From: Fibrobacteria bacterium
GTDB taxonomy: Bacteria > Fibrobacterota > Chitinivibrionia > Chitinivibrionales > FEN-1185
Direction: 5' to 3'
DNA: 64,000 bases
Assembly: GCA_037447435.1 (NCBI GenBank)
Contig: JBBIGR010000007.1
Span: 1-64,000, forward strand
Of the stretch, positions 51,494 to 60,523 are shown piece after piece. Every line of letters starts with the position of its first letter. The stretch's first letter is position 1. A model generated the notes under the pieces. The model was not told where the DNA came from. It worked only from the letters and a program-made list of their open reading frames with translations, and did no database searches. The position numbers and the translations under genes were made by a program.

Positions 51494-52945
51494 TTACTTA
51501 AGAAATACCGAATCCGCCACGCCGGTAACGTATATATTGTCTACAAAAAATTCCATCTCATTCAGTGTTGTTTCCCACGTGCCGAAATTGACCATGGTCA
51601 CGCTCGATGCGCCGTCCTGCCACTTTAATCCGTTCGCCAGTTGTTTGGAGCCGGCCGGCGGGACAATATCTTGCGGTCTTATAATTATTTTGGTCCAGAT
51701 CGCGGGACATTGCACTATGGTTCCGAACTCTCCCCATAAATCGCTGCCTGAATACCCGTTTTCTGCATATTTGGTACGGAAGTTCACGCGAATTGTTCCT
51801 TTACCCTTGCAATAAAAGGAAAAGCTTGTCATACCCGAAAAATCGGCTCTGTCCGAATTCTTCGGCGTCACGTTCATGCCGAACGATGCGTACGGCGACG
51901 CGATTTTCGCGCGGTTAAACCTCACGTCGAGCCTGAAACTTTTTCCGTCGAACGCCGTGCTGTCGGTAATCCCGAGCGATGGAGCATGTTCAATCCCGGT
52001 AGGAAAAATCGGTGAGCTTCCGCCGTCTATGCTGTCGTTGAACACCACCCATCGCGACTTGCCGGTAAGTGGAAAAATCATGCTCAAGGAATCGCCGTCG
52101 TCAAAATTGTCAAGCCATAGCGTCGGAGGGGCGATGTACTTGCTTGGCACGAGCGTCAAACTCGACGTATTGTAATATGCGACGTAAGAAAAATTTTTGC
52201 CGATATACCACGGTGGCTCGTTTCCGGGTTGATACACGAGGGGCGTTATCCCGTACGAAACTTTGACCGTATAGGCATACCCGCAGTATCTCGCCGCAGA
52301 GGCGCTGTCGGTAAAAACAAGGTCACGAATGAAAACCGTATCGGTATCCGCAGAAATTTGTTTCGGGCTAAAAATCGTTACCGGCATATCGTTGGCGATG
52401 GTCCCGTGGACATAACTGAGATCATATAGACCCTTAGGAATATTGCGAAGTGTATAATAGCCATCTGCGTCCGGGTGCACGTGATTGGTCGTACCTGCTG
52501 CGGAAATTATCATGCTCCTGAGGTCTTCGGTCGAATATTCCGAAATTCGCCCCCGAAGGGTGAGGGGCTTGGACAGCAATAAATTGACGGCCGTGTCGCC
52601 GGAAATGAGACAATGCGTCACATATCCCATATTTTTTGAAACCGAATCGCTTCCCATCAATACGTAATTTCCCTGCGGGATGTTGTCGAAATAGAAATTC
52701 CCCGTGTTGTCGGCAATTGTGGTCCATTCGGTTTTTGCACTGTCGCCATGCTCCGTAATGATAATGTCGCGAAGCGCGACGGTTGATCCCGGGAGGGCCC
52801 CGCCCGTTTCATCGCTAACCGTTCCCACGATCTTTGCATTTGTCGTACTGGTCGATCCGCCGGCAACATCGGTCGGGCGCCTGGTGCATCCGATTCCAAG
52901 CACTACGGTTAACGTGCAGGTAAAAAGTATTAAAGCCCGTTTCAT
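51494..52945 (-). CDS. Lipoprotein with carboxypeptidase-regulatory-like domains and CBM11/CIA30-like C-terminus
   Basis: Lipobox GIGC, AGGSTSTTN linker, ADNTGNFYF; LDNFDDG..SFSFYCKGKG..FFVDNI. Confidence 0.75.
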   Translation of the reverse strand: MKRALILFTCTLTVVLGIGCTRRPTDVAGGSTSTTNAKIVGTVSDETGGALPGSTVALRDIIITEHGDSAKTEWTTIADNTGNFYFDNIPQGNYVLMGSDSVSKNMGYVTHCLISGDTAVNLLLSKPLTLRGRISEYSTEDLRSMIISAAGTTNHVHPDADGYYTLRNIPKGLYDLSYVHGTIANDMPVTIFSPKQISADTDTVFIRDLVFTDSASAARYCGYAYTVKVSYGITPLVYQPGNEPPWYIGKNFSYVAYYNTSSLTLVPSKYIAPPTLWLDNFDDGDSLSMIFPLTGKSRWVVFNDSIDGGSSPIFPTGIEHAPSLGITDSTAFDGKSFRLDVRFNRAKIASPYASFGMNVTPKNSDRADFSGMTSFSFYCKGKGTIRVNFRTKYAENGYSGSDLWGEFGTIVQCPAIWTKIIIRPQDIVPPAGSKQLANGLKWQDGASSVTMVNFGTWETTLNEMEFFVDNIYVTGVADSVFLK

Positions 52946-53790
52946 AAATGCTTGTCCTTGCCGAAGTTTTCAATATTTTCGCTGACCGGAAAAAGCGAAA
53001 CATTGAGTTGAAAAACACCCGTAGCATTTTGATCTCTATGCACAAGCGAAACTATTCTGTCTTTGAATGCAGCAATTTCAGTGATGAGAATGTTATACAT
53101 GGCCGGAGAAATGCCTATGGTGATCCCGGAAATATTGCGTTTATCTCTGGAAAGTTGATCTATGGCACGTGCCGCCAACAGCACCATTTCCTTGTTAAAT
53201 TGACGAACTGCCATTAGCCCGATATCGCCGCTGGTTGTAATCGCGGAATCGGTTTGATTATAATAACCGTCGGGACGTTTTTGAATGAGTTTCAACCTCT
53301 TTAAAAGCAAAACGGATTTTTCGGCATCCGAAGCCGAAACGGGAGGATATACGCATTTGCCAAGTAACTGGTAATCGTCGTGGAAATTATACATGGTTAC
53401 CAATTCGCGGATAACCACATTATACCAGTTGCTGAAATAATCGTATTGGTCTATTTCCAAGGTTTTTTCACTAACCGCATTTTCTATGGATCGCAGAACA
53501 GCATAATGCTCCTGCTTTTCATCGGCTGTTTTTGCCTGCTCGAAAAGCACAAGATTTTTAAAATAGGAAGATTCTTTTTTGGTGAGCTGAAGCGCGATGC
53601 AAAATTTATCAATTGATGCGCGACTTAAATTTCGTTGGCCTTCAATAACCAATTTTAAAAAAACAGGGGAACCAAAACCAGCTTTAGAACTAAAATATCG
53701 ATAAGAAAATGCACGTGACGTTTTCTTTTTGAACGCATAATAGTCGTTAAGATATTTCCTGTAATCTATATATTCAAATATTGAGCGCAT
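52942..53790 (-). CDS. TIGR02147 (Fibrobacter paralogous) family protein
   Basis: IFEYIDYRKYL..FSYRYFS.KAG..GQRNLS, WYNVVIREL, VFQLNVSLFP. Confidence 0.9.
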   Translation of the reverse strand: MRSIFEYIDYRKYLNDYYAFKKKTSRAFSYRYFSSKAGFGSPVFLKLVIEGQRNLSRASIDKFCIALQLTKKESSYFKNLVLFEQAKTADEKQEHYAVLRSIENAVSEKTLEIDQYDYFSNWYNVVIRELVTMYNFHDDYQLLGKCVYPPVSASDAEKSVLLLKRLKLIQKRPDGYYNQTDSAITTSGDIGLMAVRQFNKEMVLLAARAIDQLSRDKRNISGITIGISPAMYNILITEIAAFKDRIVSLVHRDQNATGVFQLNVSLFPVSENIENFGKDKHL

Positions 53791-54003
53791 GATCTTAATT
53801 TACGCGATTTTTAAGAAAAAGCCGGAAATATTTGATGAAAAGTGGCAAAAAACACGTTGTCATGGATACAAATAAGTTCGTAAGTTATTGAAAATTAACA
53901 ATAATATAAAAGCAGTTGTATTCTTAGGCTATTTCACAGGATACACTAACCCCGAAGTTCCGCAAAACCCAATGCCAAAGGACAATAAATCAAAACAGTA
54001 TTT

Positions 54004-54942
54004 TCAATGCTCTTTCCAAAATCCTTCGATTTTTCTTATGGCAACAAACGTGATGAACCCTATAATAACCATGACAAGGAAAAAAATCGGGTAGCCGAAC
54101 TTCATGTTCGCGCTGCCGCCGATCATACTCGAAAATTCGGACATGCCGCCGACACCGGCAAAAAAACTGGGCACCGAAACCGCAATAACGAGGGCGTTGA
54201 GGTTTTTCATCATCATGTTCAAATTATTGCTGATAACCGATGCGCGTGCATCCATGAGTCCGGATATGACCTGCGAATAAATGGTCGCCATTTCATTGCA
54301 TTGGGCATTTTCAATAGCCAAATCGTCAAGGTATTCGATATGTTCCTGCGATAATCCCATTTTCCCCGTGCAAGTCTTAATTTTGTCGATGACCCTTCCG
54401 TTCGAGCCTATCGCGTTCAAATAAAACACAAGACTTTTCTCTAAGGTAAACATGTTAAGAAGCTGACGGTTTCCGATGGATTTGTTGATGTCGGTTTCAA
54501 GCTCGTCGCTGCACATGCTGATGACTTTCAAATGTTCCTCGAAATGGAACGTCGAGCGATGGATGATTTTAAGCATCAAATCTTTTATGTCCGTAATTTT
54601 GGCAACCTGTCTGCCGTCGAAAACAGGCACCTCTTCATTTATGATAAGAACCAGCTTGTCTTTAAACATGAACAATCCGATTGATTCGACTTTGAATAAA
54701 AAATTGTCCGCAGCACTGTATCGACGAGGGCGTTTGATGATAATTGCATAATGGCCGGTATCGAACTCAATTCGTCCCAATTCATTGGGGTCGAGCGCCG
54801 ACAGCAGGGTGTGCTCGTCGATTTGCAACTTTTCGGTCAGGTATTTTCTTTCAATATCCGAGGGGTTAACATATAAGTGGATATTGCTTTCATCGTGGGT
54901 TTCCACGATTTTTCCCGATTCTATGGAATAGTACTTAAGCAT
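54004..54942 (-). CDS. corA: CorA family divalent cation transporter
   Basis: ALDPNELGRIE, SVISNNLN, two C-terminal TMs with GMS in place of GMN. Confidence 0.88.
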   Translation of the reverse strand: MLKYYSIESGKIVETHDESNIHLYVNPSDIERKYLTEKLQIDEHTLLSALDPNELGRIEFDTGHYAIIIKRPRRYSAADNFLFKVESIGLFMFKDKLVLIINEEVPVFDGRQVAKITDIKDLMLKIIHRSTFHFEEHLKVISMCSDELETDINKSIGNRQLLNMFTLEKSLVFYLNAIGSNGRVIDKIKTCTGKMGLSQEHIEYLDDLAIENAQCNEMATIYSQVISGLMDARASVISNNLNMMMKNLNALVIAVSVPSFFAGVGGMSEFSSMIGGSANMKFGYPIFFLVMVIIGFITFVAIRKIEGFWKEH

Positions 54943-54999
54943 GCCCGGGGCTCCTTGGAGCGAAAATCAAACCGATTCGATATCAGGGTTTCTGAATAA

Positions 55000-55029
55000 A
55001 TCTTACGGTATCATCCGGGGTACTGTCAA
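55000..55029 (-). promoter_or_regulatory. Putative sigma-70 promoter of corA
   Basis: Minus strand TTGACA-N18-TAAGAT. Confidence 0.5.
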
Positions 55030-55293
55030 GAGCGGTTTAAAAAAAACACCGTTACCGATTGCCATGATTTATTTTATCAACATACAATTAACAAAAGAAA
55101 ATAATATGAGACCCTGTTGTCAATATACAAAACCGATGCTACGCAAGCACAAGCCGGCGCGCGCATGGCATGCCGCCGCAGTACTATCGTATTGGTTGCA
55201 GCAGGAATCATGAACTAATTCAAACCGGAAGCATTCATGAGGCCCGCTGCAAAAAACTTGCAGCGGGCCTTTTTAATTTAAAAGGAGCATCGA

Positions 55294-56217
55294 GTGAAAG
55301 GCGTTTCGTTCAAAATCATTTTGTCGTATTTGGCGGTCTATATTATATGGGGTTCCACCTATTTTTTCATCAAAATGGCAGTGGAATCCATGCCTGCATT
55401 TTACGTGGTCGGGCTGCGGTTTTTATTCGGCGGCGCCGCCTTTATTTTCTTATCTATTGCAACGGGGGCACTGCGCGCAATGCCTTCGAAACAAGAAATC
55501 CTTTCCGCGTTCATATTGGGCAACTGTTTATTGCTTTTAGGAAACGGATTCGTGTCGGTTGCGGAGCGCACGGTCGACAGCTATTTGGCCGCTCTGGTCG
55601 TCGCATCAACGCCCTTTTGCGTCGCGCTTTTCAACGGATTACTGTTCCGCGAAAAGCTGCCGTTTGTCAGGCTTTCGGGCATGTTATGCGGGCTGGGCGG
55701 CGTTGCGTTGATATTGTATAACGGTAAGAATGTGCTGTCGTCGTTTACCCCGGGCGTTGGCTTTGTCGTTTTAGGCCTTGGTTTCTGGTCGTTTGCCACC
55801 AGTATCGGCCATAAAATGAAAGTGCACAAGAATACGCTTGTCAATAGCGGCATGCAAATGTTGTTCGCCGGAACAATCGGGCTTGTTTTTTCATGGGTTT
55901 TGTATAAGCCCGTATATACGGCATTACCCGCGGTGTCGGCCCATTCGTGGATCGGGCTTTTATACCTAACCGTTTTCGGCGCAGTGGGCTTTTATTGTTA
56001 TTCGTATCTTATAAAGCATGAGCCGTCCATACGGGTGGTCAGCTATGCTATTGTCAATCCGCTTATTGCCGTGTGCCTGGGCCTGTTGCTCGGTCACGAA
56101 AAGCCCGCGCAGTTGCTTGTGTTCGGTTTCCCATTGATACTCATCGGGCTGGTTCTTATATTATACGGAAATAGAATCTGGAAAAAAAGGAGGGTAAATG
56201 CCGTTGGTCAAAGTTGA
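55294..56217 (+). CDS. EamA/DMT (YedA-like) transporter
   Basis: VYIIWGSTY; about 10 TMs; YAIVNPLIAV. Confidence 0.9.
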   Translation: MKGVSFKIILSYLAVYIIWGSTYFFIKMAVESMPAFYVVGLRFLFGGAAFIFLSIATGALRAMPSKQEILSAFILGNCLLLLGNGFVSVAERTVDSYLAALVVASTPFCVALFNGLLFREKLPFVRLSGMLCGLGGVALILYNGKNVLSSFTPGVGFVVLGLGFWSFATSIGHKMKVHKNTLVNSGMQMLFAGTIGLVFSWVLYKPVYTALPAVSAHSWIGLLYLTVFGAVGFYCYSYLIKHEPSIRVVSYAIVNPLIAVCLGLLLGHEKPAQLLVFGFPLILIGLVLILYGNRIWKKRRVNAVGQS

Positions 56218-56590
56218 AATTTTAAAAGGAAAATCCGATTCGTACAAAAAAACGCTTCTGGATTGCATTCATCAATCGCTCGTTTCAGCCATCGGCATCC
56301 CGGATAACGACAGGATGCAGCGCTTATACGAACTGGATGCGGCAAACTTCGAAACAAAGGATGATAAAACAGATGCATTTACCCTTATAGAAATTACTTT
56401 GTTCATGGGGCGTTCCCGTGAAGCTAAGAAAAAACTATATGGGACTTTGGTTTCGTCGCTCAAAGGCTCATTGGGTATTAGTCCCGATGACGTCTTTATT
56501 GTATTGCACGAAGTCCCTTTGGAAAACTGGGGTATTCGCGGCGGTCAAATGGCGGACGAAGTGAATTTGGGGTTTGCGGTTAAGGTGTAA
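56198..56590 (+). CDS. Tautomerase family protein
   Basis: N-terminal Pro (MPLVKVE), GRSREAKKKLY, ENWGIRGG. Confidence 0.88.
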   Translation: MPLVKVEILKGKSDSYKKTLLDCIHQSLVSAIGIPDNDRMQRLYELDAANFETKDDKTDAFTLIEITLFMGRSREAKKKLYGTLVSSLKGSLGISPDDVFIVLHEVPLENWGIRGGQMADEVNLGFAVKV

Positions 56591-56591
56591 T

Positions 56592-56864
56592 ATGTCCCAA
56601 ACTCCTAAACCGGAACCCTGGTATGTGTATATTATCGAATGTGTGGACCATACCTTATATACCGGCATTTCCAACGATGTAAATCGCCGCTTTGCCAATC
56701 ATTGTGCGGGAAAAGGGGCACGCTATACCCGTTCGCATCCGCCCTATGCGTTGCGCTATATAGAAAAATGCGAAGATCGTAAAACAGCCATGAAACGCGA
56801 AATTGCGGTAAAAAGACTTCCCAAAAATAAAAAACTTGCGCTTTTGCAGGCATCCCCGCCATAG
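56592..56864 (+). CDS. GIY-YIG nuclease (UPF0213/YhbQ-like)
   Basis: WYVYIIEC..LYTGIS..RR..H..GKGARYTR. Confidence 0.9.
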   Translation: MSQTPKPEPWYVYIIECVDHTLYTGISNDVNRRFANHCAGKGARYTRSHPPYALRYIEKCEDRKTAMKREIAVKRLPKNKKLALLQASPP

Positions 56865-56940
56865 GTACTAAAGAATTGATGAAATCTTGTTTGGCTAATA
56901 AATCTCTGCTATATTATAAGATAGTGTTAAATATTTGAAT

Positions 56941-56983
56941 TCACCCCCTCTCCTGTCGGAGAGGGGGGCTATAGCGGGGTGAG
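56941..56983. repeat. REP-like palindromic element
   Basis: TCACCCCCTCTCC-TGTC-GGAGAGGGGG...GGGGTGAG nested inverted repeats. Confidence 0.65.
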
Positions 56984-57047
56984 GTCAAAAGGGTATCCGA
57001 CTTCACTTATCGTACGGCAAAATTCTTTCTTCTCAAAAGGAAAAGCC

Positions 57048-57860
57048 ATGAAATTTAAATCCCTTTCTGCAATCGCCTTCGTATGCGTTCTATCGGTTTC
57101 TTTGTTTGCAAAAGAAAAAGCAAAAAGCGATGATGTCGTGCTCAAAGCCGATTACTCCGGTGCGCATAAGTGGATTTATTCCATTCAATACACATCACAA
57201 GGAAATTTCAGGCAGAAATCATCTAACACGGCAAAAACAACCGAAATCAAATGCCTGTTTTCCGGCACGAAAAACGCGGCTAAAAAACTTGCCGTGCATG
57301 TCGACAGCATTGCGATTAAATCCGATATTTATTCCGACGAAATGCAAAAAGACATCAAAGACAAACTTGTCAAGGCCGATTATTCCCTGTCGCTTGCAAA
57401 CGGATTCCCGTCGATCGATACGTCCGTGGAAATCCCGGCCAGCAGTTACCTTGAATGGGATTTGTATCGCCAATTGTCAAAATTACTGCCTCTGTTGCCG
57501 TCCAAACCCGTGAAACAGGGCTTTACCTGGGAACGCATGAACGTGTTTCCCATGAAAACCGCGCGCGGCACCGAAAGTTGCGAAGTGTACCGGAATTACA
57601 CTCTGGACAAAGTGTCGTCCGATACGGCGATGATAAGCTGGAAATTCAGATACGCCGGCAGCAAGAAATCCAACGACAGTACCGCAAATGTCAACGAAAT
57701 CCCCGTTTTCGGCACCGGCAACGGCGCCGCAATGCTCAACCTTAAAACCGGTTGCATCATCAGCGCCGAAATGAATTTCACCACTCCTGTTGCCACGGTG
57801 GGCGATGTCTCGGTGATATGGCATGAAAACGCGGTGATATCGCTTGTCGAAATTAAATAA
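57048..57860 (+). CDS. Secreted hypothetical protein (DUF6263-like)
   Basis: Signal peptide; LPSKPVKQGFTW; beta-rich. Confidence 0.7.
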   Translation: MKFKSLSAIAFVCVLSVSLFAKEKAKSDDVVLKADYSGAHKWIYSIQYTSQGNFRQKSSNTAKTTEIKCLFSGTKNAAKKLAVHVDSIAIKSDIYSDEMQKDIKDKLVKADYSLSLANGFPSIDTSVEIPASSYLEWDLYRQLSKLLPLLPSKPVKQGFTWERMNVFPMKTARGTESCEVYRNYTLDKVSSDTAMISWKFRYAGSKKSNDSTANVNEIPVFGTGNGAAMLNLKTGCIISAEMNFTTPVATVGDVSVIWHENAVISLVEIK

Positions 57861-57926
57861 ATATTTCGACTGAAGCATGTTTTGTAGTAAATATTATTTT
57901 AAGATATAAAATTGAAAAGAATATTT

Positions 57927-58199
57927 ATGCCTACAATTTCAATGTTTTTCGGTATTTTAATTCGAATGTTTTTCAAAGATATAGAAAAACATAAGGCCCC
58001 TCATATCCATGCCGATTATCAAGGACAAGTAGGTACTTACTCAATTCCTGATGGCCGATTACTTGCTGGGGAATTGCCTCCGAATAAACATAAGCTTGTT
58101 GTCGCATGGATAGAGATTCATCAAGAAGATCTTTTGGCAGATTGGGAACTCGCTGTTAACGGTAGAAAACCATTCGCCATCAAAGGGTTGGATCAATGA
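57927..58199 (+). CDS. DUF4160 protein (putative TA toxin)
   Basis: MPTISMFFGILIRM..HKAPHIHA..LVVAWIEIHQEDLLADW. Confidence 0.9.
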   Translation: MPTISMFFGILIRMFFKDIEKHKAPHIHADYQGQVGTYSIPDGRLLAGELPPNKHKLVVAWIEIHQEDLLADWELAVNGRKPFAIKGLDQ

Positions 58200-58462
58200 G
58201 AATTAAAGAAATTATTCCACAAGCGACCTGGGTTTTATCTATTGCTTCCGAAGATGGCCGTTTTGGCGAATTTGATGTAACTCCATATCTGCAACTTGAA
58301 GCTTTCAAAGACTTGGCCAATATTTCAGAGTTTATGAAAGTATCAAATGGCGGTTATTTTGTGGAATGGGATTGCGGAGCGGACTTGTCTGTCGATTCCA
58401 TAGAGGCGAATTGGAAGGTTTTGCCACAAGACCGGGCCCAAAGCATTTCCATGATCCGTTAA
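58196..58462 (+). CDS. DUF2442 protein (putative TA antitoxin)
   Basis: EDG..FDV.PYL..F..L...F..V..VEWDCGADL; ATGA-coupled to DUF4160. Confidence 0.85.
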   Translation: MRIKEIIPQATWVLSIASEDGRFGEFDVTPYLQLEAFKDLANISEFMKVSNGGYFVEWDCGADLSVDSIEANWKVLPQDRAQSISMIR

Positions 58463-58536
58463 GTAAACTCCGTTTGATAAATGCAATAAATAACTGCATG
58501 TTTCAACGTATTTGTTTTTCCGTATTACAACGGCTT

Positions 58537-60333
58537 TTACACAAGATAGTTTTGAATGTCCGCGAATGCTTCTTTGTGCTTTTGCAAAAAGGCGATTTTT
58601 TCGCGCGTCGGGGCTTCCGAGGCGGTTTGCGTGTTCAGCAAATCGGTCATGGCGCGCGCCATGGTTTCCTGCAACGCGGTAAAATTATAGGCAAGGTTCT
58701 GTTTGCACATGTCGCAAATGCTTCTGATGTTGTTCTTGACATGAAAAGAAAGCCGCTCGAATTGCTCGCTCATGATTGCCTCGAGGGCGGGTAAAATCTT
58801 TGCCTCGCATTTGAGCCGTTTCGTCTCCTTCGAACTGAATAACCCGAACGACGGCATCCTGATTGCTTCCAATGCTGCGGCCTGATGCGCGGTTTGCACC
58901 GTGGCATACGGCGGCACGGTACAGTCCACGCTGAGTTCGCGAAGGTCCGAGCTTACAATGGCAAAACTCGGCACCGCTTTGCGGATTTCATCCACCGATT
59001 TTAAAAATTGCGAAGCAGGAAGGCTCACGGCCTTTTTAAGCGGTTGCGAAATGCTGGTCGTGACCTGTAAAAACAAATGGTTTATCATCTCGTCCAAAAG
59101 CGGACCGTACGACGACTTTATGGTCGAAAGCGGGTTCTGACCCTGCAAAATCGCGGTCTCGATGAGCTTCTTGATGCTGTCCTGCGCCTTCGCGATGAGC
59201 TCCTCTTTCTTCTTATCGAGAGTTTTATCTACAAAATCAACCAACGCCTTTATTTCGACGTCGATGAGCGAAAGTTCGCGTTCCGCCTTGGCTTTCACCA
59301 CGTCGCATTGCTGCGTGAGCCAGTCAAGCTGCTGCCGTGCAGACGCAAGCGGCGATTCCAAATCCAAAATATCGCTGTCGCATTGCGCGCTTGCCGTAAC
59401 GAGCGCTTTTTTGAATTTGTCGGTAACGGCCTGCGAAAGCGTGAAATACTTCTCGCGCACCATGAAATCGATGATTTCGCTTTTGACAATGCTCATGCCC
59501 GAAAGTTGCATTGCGGGGTTGTTCGCGCTGCGATTGACGATGGATTGGCCCATGCGGGCCGAAACGTGGAACAGCTCCACATCCGGCGGATATTCCAATT
59601 GCGCAATAAGTACCGATTTAAGGAACGGGTCGAGTTTCTTCAGCTCGTCTACGGTCAGCTGGTCGACCTTGTTTACTATAAAGAAGATGCGCGGGACGAA
59701 TTTTTTGACTTCCTTCAAAAACTCGACTTCGGTCTGGGTAAACGGCGGGTCTGCGGAAAGCAAGAACATCACCGCGTCGCAGCCTTTTATGAGCTCCACG
59801 GTCGTTTGCGTATTGTGAATAAACGTGGAACCGAAGCCGGGCGTGTCTATCAAAATGGTGCCGTTTGACAGTATCGGATTGTCGCATTCGATTATTGCTT
59901 CGCTCACGCAGAGCTTGTTTTTCGGGTTTTTTTCTTCCGACACGAACTGTATCAGCGCGTTTTTTATTTCCTCCGCCGACCGGCGAATGACCAGCTCGTG
60001 CTTTTTGTTATAAAACCGTATAATACAGGATGTTTCGGCGCCGTACCGGATATACGTTGGAATTGACGTTAACGGAATAACCGATACCGGCAGCAAATCG
60101 ATGTTGAGCAGGCTGTTGATGAACGTGCTTTTTCCGCGTTTGAATTGCCCCATGACGGCCAAACGAATTTCGCCCTGCGACAAACGTTTCCGAAGGTCTG
60201 TAATTTCCAGCTTAATCGCTTCGTATCGCGAAGGCAGGTCCGAAAACAGTCCAAGAGCCTGACCTATGAGTTCGTCGATATTTATGGCTTCATGGTGTTT
60301 TCGAGCTAATGTCAATCCCGTGGTTTCGGTCAT
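58537..60333 (-). CDS. Bacterial dynamin-like GTPase
   Basis: GQFKRGKST, DTPG, NKVD, VSA motifs plus helical stalk. Confidence 0.9.
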   Translation of the reverse strand: MTETTGLTLARKHHEAINIDELIGQALGLFSDLPSRYEAIKLEITDLRKRLSQGEIRLAVMGQFKRGKSTFINSLLNIDLLPVSVIPLTSIPTYIRYGAETSCIIRFYNKKHELVIRRSAEEIKNALIQFVSEEKNPKNKLCVSEAIIECDNPILSNGTILIDTPGFGSTFIHNTQTTVELIKGCDAVMFLLSADPPFTQTEVEFLKEVKKFVPRIFFIVNKVDQLTVDELKKLDPFLKSVLIAQLEYPPDVELFHVSARMGQSIVNRSANNPAMQLSGMSIVKSEIIDFMVREKYFTLSQAVTDKFKKALVTASAQCDSDILDLESPLASARQQLDWLTQQCDVVKAKAERELSLIDVEIKALVDFVDKTLDKKKEELIAKAQDSIKKLIETAILQGQNPLSTIKSSYGPLLDEMINHLFLQVTTSISQPLKKAVSLPASQFLKSVDEIRKAVPSFAIVSSDLRELSVDCTVPPYATVQTAHQAAALEAIRMPSFGLFSSKETKRLKCEAKILPALEAIMSEQFERLSFHVKNNIRSICDMCKQNLAYNFTALQETMARAMTDLLNTQTASEAPTREKIAFLQKHKEAFADIQNYLV

Positions 60334-60478
60334 AGCTGTAAAAATATTTCAGGAAGCAAGGTACTAACTATATATAAAATATCTTCGCGAGACGCGTGGA
60401 TAAGATTACAGCCGAAACTATCCGGTTGCGGCATGTCCTCCCAAAGGGGGGAGCAACGCGCCAAAGTAAAAAATGGTT

Positions 60479-60513
60479 CATTCCCAAGGCCCTTTAAAAA
60501 GACCTTGGGAATG
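60479..60513 (-). terminator. Hairpin downstream of glgP
   Basis: CATTCCCAAGG...CCTTGGGAATG stem. Confidence 0.55.
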
Positions 60514-60523
60514 GAAAAACACA

